A DNA stretch of 64,000 nt from Octopus sinensis (lineage: Eukaryota), in the NCBI RefSeq assembly GCF_006345805.1, contig NC_043001.1, positions 73,408,001 to 73,472,000 of the forward strand. Reading direction: 5' to 3'. The notes under the pieces were generated by a model. It had not been told where the DNA came from. It did no database searches and saw only the letters and a list, made by a program, of their open reading frames with translations. The translations under genes and the position numbers were made by a program. This document shows, piece after piece, positions 53,168 through 64,000 of this stretch (its first letter is position 1; every line of letters starts with the position of its first letter).

Positions 53168-54946
53168 AGTAAAATCTTTCAGTGCAGATCAGTCACTGAC
53201 CTTCAAGAAAACCCCATAATGGTTAGTGCTTCCATAGCTAGGATATTTTTTGTAGCCATCCTAGACACCACCCCACCCCACCATATCTAAAAGAATGTCC
53301 TTTTCTGACTAATTAGCAATGAGTCACTTGCCAACATACTTCAGTCTCTCTCACTAACACACATACTGTATCCACTACTATGACTCCCTGACCTAGCTAA
53401 TAACATAACAACTCCACCTGGGACCCTGAAATATCTTTTTTTTCTTTCACTCAGCCACTTCTGTTTTATGCCTACAACTAACTGCTTTGCCTGAGCCTTA
53501 GAATTTCCTTTTCACCCATTTACTTTACTGTAGATGTTAACTTTCAGATGTCCAAATTTGATTGCCAACCATTTATGGCAGAGGCCAGCATGCTAATGTA
53601 TATAGTTATCTTGAAAAGAATTTCAAATAAAATGATAAATATTCTCTCAATCATAATCAGGATCATCATCAGCATTTTGCATCCATTTTCCATGCTGGCA
53701 TGGGTTGGACAATTTGACAGGAGCTGGTGAGCCGGGGGACTGTGCCAAACCCCACTGTCTGCTTTGGCATGATTTCTAAGGCAGATGTCTTTCCTCATGC
53801 CAACCACTTTACAGAGTGTACTGGGTGCTTTTTATGTGGCACTAACACCAGTGAGGTCACCAAGTAATTCACAGGACAAGGCCCCTCAACTGCATTACGA
53901 TAATATTCAAAGAAATTATTCCAACAAAGAAAGAAATCAAAAAAAGAAAGAGAATGACTAAAGAAAAAGGTTGAGAAGCAATGCTTTTTATTTGAGAAGC
54001 TACGACATACAGGCAAAAAGAAGCAAGGTGATATAAAACAATAATAGAATTAAAAGAAGCAATTAAAATATTCTATAGTGTGTTGATCTAATTACACAAT
54101 TAGATGAAAACAAAATGAGGAATTGTGCTTACAAGAAATATGAAGACCAATTAGACAAAAGAACCAAATTGCCGAGCTAAACATTGTACACAGTTTAGTG
54201 AAAAAAATGGTTGAATATTGTCTTAGGAGGTTTTTATATTTTAGTTTTATTAATTATTTAATTACATAATTGTTTTTATGTATTTAAATTCTGGAGAATG
54301 AATTAATGGTTACAAATTTGTTAATTGCTTAAAATATTTATGCCTGATTTTTGGTGTTATTTAATTACATGTCAAATTTAGGGGACAGAGTTAGAAGATC
54401 AAAATCACTTTTAAATAATTGAAATTATTTGTTAAATATTTATATGCAGAAAAAAAATTTATATTTGCAAATTTACAATTTTCATGTTTCTTGCTATGAA
54501 ATTATTTTTGTTTAGATCAAATTGAAAAAAATCAATTATTATAATAATATTCCATGAAGCTCACATTTCATAATTTCTCTGTATACATCAGATATCTTTA
54601 TATATATTAATCATTTGTGTTCTGGTACCATAATAGACATACATATATTCATGTTGTTAGTATTGAACTGATAATAAATCTTTATTAGTAACTCAAGATA
54701 CCATATGCATTCCGTCAGAATGGCAGAATAGATATAAATATTGAACCATGGAATCGGTTACAGAGGGATGTGTGTGTTGATTTCCACCCAAAGATATGAA
54801 TGTATGAATGTATGGTAAAATATAAACACTGAAGATAACTAGAGATAACACCAAGTGAGATGTAATGTAAATAAAAAAATTAAAAAAACACAAGGAAAGG
54901 TAAACTATTTTCTCAGTGCATATTACTACTATTGCTACTAATGATT

Positions 54947-54982
<36 letters not shown>

Positions 54983-57900
54983 ACTCATCTCAAAAAGTCA
55001 GAAATAAGAATGATTTACAACATTTTAAAGTATTTCTGATACTTTTGCTTATATAAAACTTTTACTATTTTAGGAATTTTTATAACAGATTGTCATTTTA
55101 TTTTAGATTTCTAAATAGTTTTGAAAGTCATCTACTTTTCTAGCAGCTCTCTTAATAATGTTGTCTTTCTATATTGTTGACTCAGTAATAAATTGTTAAG
55201 GCTTTAATCTCATTTCATCAGTTTATTGTAGTGTTGTTGTTGTTACTGTTGTGATCGTAGTGGTACAATCAGTGAATGACAAAGGAGGGAAGAATCTATG
55301 AATCTATAAAGATAATTTACTAGAAAACCTCACACATGATTTAGCTAGAAAAATGTCTTATCAGTAGAAGTTTCAATCTTGTTAGCTTGGAGGTTTGACT
55401 TTCTTTTGAAAACAAGTGACAATACATATTGAACTGACAATAGGTTCCACCACATCCTAATCCAACAAACTATATGATACTCTTGTTTTTCTGTTCAATA
55501 TAATAAAGTATTATTTCACTTTTGTATTTGTTTTGCAAAGATTCTTGGTGTGTAAACATGTTGAAGCATATACTATTGTATTTTGGAAAGGTCATTTTAC
55601 CAATAAGAAACATGCACTGGTTCTATTTCACTTCTTTTTATTATTATCATAATTATTAGTCAACTATTTAACCAAATAATTAATCATTTGATCAGCTGGT
55701 TGGTTAGAGTTGTTTCATTGTCAATTGTGACTTCAATCAGTAACATGCCCCCAGTTAAATTAAATGTTTATCTTCATAGAATAAATAGCAAGATAACAAA
55801 CGATTGTGACTATTTTAACTGCTTCTCAAGAAATGTTTTATAACAGCCGATATATAAAATGTGTGGAATGACATAGCTTATGTTGTGAGACATTGGTTCT
55901 GCAAGACACATAGCACCATATTGTGAAGTGAAACTTGGACAAGACACAAGAATTTTATAGCAAGGTAGAAAATAAAAGGAGCAAATTTCTAAATAACTAC
56001 AATATCTAGACACCTAAGAGTTTAAAACTTATTTATTTGTAATAATACATCACCTTCCACAACACAGTTGATATAAAATAATTAAATACACAGTATTGGA
56101 GCAGTCAGTTTGGCTGAAATAGTTTGAACCAGTTGCTAACACATTTTTGCCTCAGATCAAATCTGTGATTTATCTACAGTTGAACTAAATTAATGAATCT
56201 GGTGTAATTCAAAGGAAATTATTGATGAAATTGAAATTCATGCATCCCAGAAATAACTGCATTCAGAAACCATAAAAAAAAAAAAGAAAAAAAGGAAAAA
56301 AAACTTTTATATTTAATGAAATCAAGTGTATCAGGACTGTTTTAAATATAGTTTTTTTCTTTGTAGTTTTTTTTTAAGAATATATTTTGGTACCGGTTCA
56401 TGCAAAGAAAAGATAAATTAAATGTAAGTTTTTAAAAAAAAACTTTAAAGTTCAGATAATATAAAGTTTCATTGTCCATTTTGTTTTGTTTTTCTTATAT
56501 CAACAAACTGTCCCCCACCTTGTTCTGCACTACCTAATTCAACATCCCTTTATTTTAGTTACAATCTCTCAAAGTCCTGACTAGAATGTTTAAGAACACT
56601 AACTCTAACTGGATTATTTGGTGGATATGAGATATACAGTTGCTGCAGTAACAATAGTTAATTAATCATATTATAGTTTTGATTACTATACTCGTTGACT
56701 TTTATGTTGTTATGCTATCATTTGTATGTTTGTTGTGTTTGAATATTCTGATATGAGTTTGTTTTAAGTTTATAAACAACAATGGTGACAATAATGGGAA
56801 AATAAAATATACAATGAGACAAAATATCTAAAAGAAAATAAATAAAAGGCTTTAATCAGTTATTTAATGAATGAATATACTAATGGGTTATGAAGGTGTG
56901 TAGCTCAGTGGTTAGGGTATTTGGCTCACGATTGTAAGGTCATATGTTGGATTTTTGATGGCATGTTGTGTCCTTCAGCAAGATACTTTATTTCACATTA
57001 CTCCAGCCCACTCAGCTGGCAAAAATGAGTTGTATTTGTAATTCAAAGGGCCAGCCTTGTTACATTAAGTGTCATGCCATATCTCCAAAAACTATGTTAA
57101 GGGTATGCATATCTGTGGAGTGCCCAGCCAGTTGCATGTTAATTTCACTAACAGGCTGTTCCATTGATTGAATTGCTCTTAATAGAGCATAACCAACAAA
57201 GTACCAGTTAGCTATACTAATGGGATAATAATATTGGCAGAAGACCTCGAATTTGGGGGAGGGTATAGTTGATTATATTAACCACGGTCTTGTATTGGTA
57301 TTTTATGACTCAACCCAGAAATGACGAAAAGTAAAATGACCCCAGCAGAACTCAGAACATCAAGAGTCCTAACTAAATATTGTAAGGTATTTGTGTTTGA
57401 CACTAATAATTCTACCAACCGTAATGGATTTGCCAGTGAAGGTTAGCAGTCAATGGATCATTTGTTGTGCTTTGGGCAAAACCATTGAAATCTTGAACTT
57501 TACAGGAATGAGCAAAGAAGAGCCATCAAGAGCAACATAGAGATAGCTGAGAAAAGCTCGGGATGGCTCTGGGGTTCTGGTTTAAAAAGATGGTCAGTGA
57601 GGTCAAGGATTGCTGCTTGGACACAAGCCTAGTCTTGATCAATATAGGCCAGATTGACTGGATGAAGATGTATTTTTTTTACCCAAAACAGCCAGTGATT
57701 CCAGGATACAACACTGATGAAGGATCCAAGAATTGCATCTGTAGATGTATGTTGAACTATAAAGAACAATATACTGAGATGTGGATGTTTATGTTATTAT
57801 TAGGTGTAATTAGTTATATTGAAAAGATATTTGCTGAATTCTTCATTTCCAAGCCATTACACTCATCCAGGCAACTTGATATAACTTGATCAAGCTTAGG

Positions 57901-60900
57901 GTTGCATCTGAGAAGCATTCTACTGACCCCACCAATCACCTCTTTCCAGCCAAACTCATCTGGATGCTTTTTCAGCAGCCTCTACATTGTTCTTGATGAC
58001 TCTTCTGCCAGCCCTTGAAATTCCCAGAGTTCCATAGGCCTTACTCAGAGTTCCATAGACCTTACCTGAAAACCCTCAATGATCAATCTCAGCCGATAAA
58101 GCCATTAAAGATGGCAGCTTGCCAGTCATTGGTGTCATTGGCTTTACTAAATCTCTAAAATGAAATTTTAAATTGACATTTATAAAGGTAAAAGGATGTT
58201 AATTTGATAAAGAAAAATTCGGATATGAGAAATACGATTCATTGAAATAGAGCAGACAAGTAAATGGTATTAAATAGTATTTAAAAAAGAAACTATTAAA
58301 ATAAAACTGTAATGAATATGTATTTCAAAGATTGTTTGATTTATACATAATAGATGTGTATTATTGTTACCATTGTTTCTTTAGGTCTGTGATAGTTTCA
58401 CTGCAACCATATTTATAATTTTATAATGATAATTACTTTGTTAAATAATGTAAATTTTCTAATAATTTTATTTCGATTATGTATGTCTAAAATTATTATT
58501 TAGCAGAATAATTTTAATTTACTAATGTAATAAATTTAATTTGATTGTAAACATAACCAGTTTTGATATTAAATTTAATATTTATTTAATGATATAATTT
58601 GTGTCAAGTAGGACTTTAGTTTGAATGATAGAAACTATGCAGAAGCCTGTTTAAAATATATATGTGTATGCAAATATGTGTAGTACATACACACACACAT
58701 ACACTTTATTAATAAAGCTGCAAAGACATCACAAAACTGTTACTCAGAGTTTCACATTCCCATTCGTCAGACAGTTTTGGTTGAAAATAAAGCATATTAC
58801 TCTACCTCCAGTATTCAAGAACTATTTTTTCCACCTTGTTTCACATTTATGTGCTTACTCTGGTGTATATGTATGTATGTATGTATATACCCTCTTTCAA
58901 AAAACTTCCACACAGCTTCCATCTACCAAATTCCAGTCACAAGATATTGATCAACCCAAGAATATAACAGAAGACACTTGGTCATGGTAGCATGCTACCC
59001 TAACTCAAATAACCAATCAAATACTTAGTATTTGAGATTAACCAATCAAATATTTAGCATCAACCTAAAGATGCACTCCATCATATGAATAAGCAGATTG
59101 ATTTTGACAGAAGTAGTGTTATAACTATAGATATTTACCGGCTATATATATATAGCTGTCATGTTGTAAAATATCAGAATTAAAAGTTGGTAAAGATGAT
59201 GTTTCATCTAAAATGATGAGACATTGAAACACTGCTAGACATGGGCTTTTTCACCAAATTTTTGCCTCTAATTCTATTTCTTTATGCAACATAAACTAAA
59301 TATAATTTATAATAAATTATCCTACAGAGTGCGGCAGAAAACCTCCCTCATTATGTATGACCATTGATGTGGACATACTGAAGTTAGACAGATAGTAACT
59401 GTCTTCAAATAGCTAAGGTTTTACCATTTCTTTTTTCAATTGCCACCATGATTTCAAAAGATGCACATTGGGCATTTGTGAGATCACACTACATACATAG
59501 TGCAGGAGCAAAAAACTTTCATATTTTACATGGCTGTTGGTGTGGCACTATTAAAGTTGGGTATCTTCATATAACTAATGTTGCCATCATAGTCTGAACC
59601 AATGAACACTGTGTGCTTGCTGTTAAACATTTGTCAACCAATAAAATGTGATAAGTTGCATTTTTTTTCTTATTTTTTGCTGCAACCTGTATATTCAGCT
59701 GATTAGTTAGACATAATAATATGATATATGCAGCCCAGTTGTACAATATAGTATCAAACTTAGTTTTCTCCTTAGTATGTATTTATTCATTATTAAACAA
59801 TACAAGGTTTATATATATCTTTTAATGTGTTAATTTAATAAACTCAAATAAACTGTAACATTTACAATTCATTGAAAATCTCCAATAGCTTCTAAGCTTA
59901 AAACATACATATTATGAAGTTTGCATCCAGCCTTCATTTTCTTTTTCCATCCAAGGGTTTTTTTAACTTGATCTTCTACACTATTTTTTATAGATTTATC
60001 TACTTCAAGTTCCATTATTTAAAACAATCTATTTTAGAGATCTTGGTGTGTTTTAATTCTTATGGTATAACCAACATACAATTCTTGCTGGTAAGAACAA
60101 AACTTCTAAAACAGAAGGACAAATTTTAAAGGATTGCTTTGGTATAGTAGTTAGAACATCTGTCATATTAACAGAAGATAGAGGTTCTTGTTTCATGGGC
60201 ACCCTTTGACTTTTTCTTTCTAAAGGGTTTTTAAACTTAATATTCTAGACACTATTATCTATAGCTGCATTTATCCACTGTTAAAATTAATTAGTGCCAT
60301 ATACATACTGTGGATTCAAAAAATAAATGTTTAAAAACATTTCTTTTAAGTTTTTAGTGGTTAATTACTTAATTGTCTTTCCCCATTAAAGTTGTATATT
60401 TATTTATTTATTTATTTACCTAATACAAACCTGAACTAAAAATTTATAATTTTTAAGTCAAAATATTTGACAACTCTTAAAAATGAGAGAAAATGCACAT
60501 GAAACTTTATACAAAATATGCTTGTTTTCACAGAATATTATCACTGTTTTTGGTTTGCTTTTATTATTTTTTTTAATAATTTTGTAGAATGCAGCAGATA
60601 TCACAGTTATTTAAAAATTGCCATTAAAAAAAAGAAACTGTTCCTAAGCTGCAAGTCTTTTACTGCAGACAATATAAGGAAGATAGTTTTTTTTAAAAAA
60701 AAAAAAAGAATTTTATTTAACTTGTAAAAATTTTTTTTAAATGAACAAAACACAAAAAATTGTAAAAATGAAAGAGAATAGAAATAAAATAAAACACAGA
60801 AAAATAAATTGTAGAAAAATACTTCAATAATTATAATAGGGTTTTTTTAAGGTTTAAAGTGAAATTGGTTAGCATTTGGTGAGTGTTTGACGCATTAATA

Positions 60901-61009
60901 AAGTCATGTACAATACATATACACATAAAATACATATGCACCAACACTTATATATGCATTGTATATGCTAAACATTACATACATATGTATGTGTATATCT
61001 GTATAGATG

Positions 61010-61064
<55 letters not shown>

Positions 61065-61715
61065 CTACAAACAATGGGTTTATTTCTGGTCTATTTTTTA
61101 ATGGTTATTTTTTGTAGGTCTTTACTTTTTACGAAAGAATTGAAACTACAAAATTATGAGTTCTCACAACTTGCCATTCCTCCAAACAATTTAAACAATA
61201 TTGTATCCCACTCTGTAGCTCTTTGTCATCATCTTACGCATACAGTTCCCTCAGGAAGGAATGCTATCATGAACAATTCTGAAGACTTGGTGAATTGTAA
61301 AGTTTTGATAAATCTAACCTTCAATTTATTCTAGATCTTTTGATTAGATTTAAAACATGAATAAAACCAGGTTAGGAAAGAAAATAATCCATATTTGTCA
61401 ATACTAAAAACATGTTGAATGATTAAAAAAGTGTATGTTTGCTTGATGAGAACTAAGTGGAATGATTTAACAAAAAAGGAAGGAATTTTTACACAACTTG
61501 GAGCAAACAGAAATTTTCTTCCAATATGAAAGCTGTACATCCTGGTTTTAAATATTTTAAGATTTTCAGTTGCTGTTTGTTTGTTCTTCTTTTCTTAAAG
61601 AGAAGCTTTTTTTTTTTAGAATATTGGAACTACTCAAGAAAACTTGAAAACACAGACTTATAAAATACCACCATCACCAATGGTATAAATATCTAGAAAA
61701 AAAAGATATAGATAC

Positions 61716-61735
61716 ATACATACATACACACACAC

Positions 61736-61768
<33 letters not shown>

Positions 61769-61905
61769 CACACATGTATATATATACACATATACATACA
61801 TATATATATATACACATACATACATATATATATATTTATATATATACATATATATATATACACACACACATACATATATATTCATACATACATATATATA
61901 AAACA
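61716..61905. repeat. (TA)/(CA)/(TACA) microsatellite
   Basis: Visible dinucleotide and tetranucleotide runs. Confidence 0.9.
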
Positions 61906-63493
61906 TTCACGTGTTTAAATGCTAAACTCCATCCATTTCTTCATATTTGTTCTTAATAGATTTGTTTGAAACAAACCATGTTAGTGATTGTCCAAGGAAG
62001 AAAAACAAAATAGGAAAAACACATCAAATAAATTTTTAAAATATTAACAAGGTGACAATGATTTGTTATTGATAATAAGGAGCAAAAAATACTTGGTTCT
62101 CACCTTCAGTGATTATCTGTGAACCGATAGTGATAATAAAAGACAATACTAAAATTGTAGTGCATATAATATGGCTGAATTGGTATTTATATGCAGAAAT
62201 GATAAAATCACTTCAGTTTTGTATTTTATGACTTTGGAAATTTTTTTGACTGTTCAAAGTTTTATTTCACACAAAAAAAAAGAAAAAAAAAAGAAAGAAA
62301 TCCAAGGATGAATGTTGTGGAAATTGATTGGTCTAGGAGAATGGTCTTTCTTCTTTTCTCCTGTTTTGCATGTATATCAAAGAATTTTGGAAGAAAAACA
62401 GAATTCATCAAGAGGGAACAAAAAGTAGACAATAACACCAAGTACACAGATACAAAAATTTATGCAACAAATACAAATGTCAAGGTGTTAATTGAAGCAA
62501 GATATGGTTTGGAAGCATAAAATATATATATACATACATGCATACAAACACACACACACACACACATGTGAATGTATACACACATAGTTACATTAAATGG
62601 AGAGTGAGAGAGCGAGAACCATTTTTCTAAATTTCTTATTTTATGACAAGATTTATGGATACATGTAAAAACAAAAACAAAAAAAAAACAATATAATAAA
62701 CAAAAGTATACATTTTAATAAATTAAATAACTCTGTTTAAATTTTTTTTAATATTTAATAATAAAATTTGATATTTTATGGTGACTGATATTTAAACCTT
62801 AATGCTACAAAGAAAACTGCAATTCTCTCTATATTTCATACAAATGTTCAACCAAATGTGACTGTATTTTTGTGTGGTTCAATGTGGTAAAAGCATTTTT
62901 TTTTTCTAACAAATTTTCAGATATTAATATTTTACAAGAGAAAATTCATACTCACTGAATTGTTCCACTCCTGTATTAATAACTGATGTAACAAAAGTGT
63001 AATACATATAAAAAAACATTAGCTTACACTTCTGTATTCCTAGCTGTTTCATTTTGAAACTTATCAGTTTTATTATTCCTGTATATTTCATAAATATCTC
63101 TCCATCTGCCCCATGCCATCATGGAAAAACATGTTAAAATGAACAATCTCACACTTCTAGTATTATTTATTAACATCATATAATGTCACTTAAAGCAATA
63201 TTCATTATCATTGCATTTTAATGCTTATCATGGTACAATATTGTGCCAATATTAACTGTATACCACATGCAACTGGTCTTTTGCCAGTATAGATTAATCT
63301 GGGTTAAATATCATTTTAAGGTTGTTCATAAACTAGAGACATCTAGAAATCTTATTTTAAATGCTTGTTTTTTTATAGATATCAAACATTTTATATTCAA
63401 AATTAAATTTAAAAAGTGTTCTGAAATTTATATTTTAAAAAAGTTTTTTAACAAAATAAAGAAAATTGTAAAACTAAAACTCCCTTTTTCAAA

Positions 63494-63618
63494 AAGTAGT
63501 AGTATTATTAAAGCAGTGGCAAGTAGTAGTATTATTCAAACAAGTAGTAGTATTATTAAAGCAGTGGCAAGTAGTAGTATTATTCAAACAAGTAGTAGTA
63601 TTATTAAAGCAGTGACAA
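63494..63618. repeat. Perfect 48-bp (27+21) tandem repeat x2.5 running into a SINE A copy (to ~63830)
   Basis: aagtagtagtattattaaagcagtggc + aagtagtagtattattcaaac starting at 63494, 63542 and 63590. Confidence 0.9.
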
Positions 63619-64000
63619 ACTGGCAGAACTGTTAGCATGCTGGGCACAAAATGCTTTACAACATTTTGTCCATCTTCACATTTCGAGTTCAAATTCCACT
63701 GAGATCGACTTTGCAGTTCATCCTTTCAGGGTCAATAAAATAAGTATCAGTTAAGTACTAGGGTCAATGTAATCGACTTACTCCCTCCTCTGAAATTGAT
63801 GACCTTGTGCCAAAATTTGAAATTATTATTATTATTATTTGTAGTAGTAGTAGTAGTATTGTCATTATTATGGAGAATATAATTGGATCCTAAGATATCT
63901 TTAAACTTATTGAATTAAAAAATCATTTGTAATATTACTGTTGCAATTGTTTAAGTGTTATGCTTCCAACACCATCAGCTATGGAAAGAAATCAAATATA

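Noticed and set aside
57714-57745. CTGATGAAGGATCC, a hammerhead-like start
   Set aside because: No helix II closure followed by GAAA downstream.
53900-63480. A second protein-coding gene downstream of DCAF8
   Set aside because: No ORF or exon with a recognisable domain on either strand; short exons could have been missed.
63243-63692. ORFs with repeated SSSIIKAVA / NNTTTC peptides
   Set aside because: Products of the 48-bp tandem repeat; no splice or homology support.

Overview
AT-rich, repeat-dense animal genomic DNA. The SINE/MITE/RTE repeat style suggests an octopus or other coleoid cephalopod; this is inference from recalled repeat families, not a database hit. The only host gene I can support is the 3' part of a + strand DCAF8 (WDR42A) orthologue: 12 GT-AG coding exons from 9565 to 42242, with consistent phases, giving about 380 aa that end ...ERIQCTQS*. 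Its N-terminal exons were not found and probably lie left of the window, beyond a ~5.3-kb (TA)n tract. The rest is mostly transposon sequence: three tRNA-derived SINE families, RTE and CR1/L2-type LINE fragments, TTAA-targeting piggyBac derivatives and MITEs, a Tc1/mariner remnant and a Helitron-like piece. The most unusual signal is a set of short non-coding elements from apparently unrelated families carrying minimal type-I hammerhead-like folds with a palindromic helix III, the form known from Penelope-like elements (PLEs). Two of them are inserted as TSD-flanked head-to-head inverted dimers (19.4-19.7 kb and 48.5-49.0 kb). One has a compensatory G3-C8 swap of the catalytic C3-G8 pair and lies in sense orientation in a DCAF8 intron. 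All folds were derived by eye and none has been tested.
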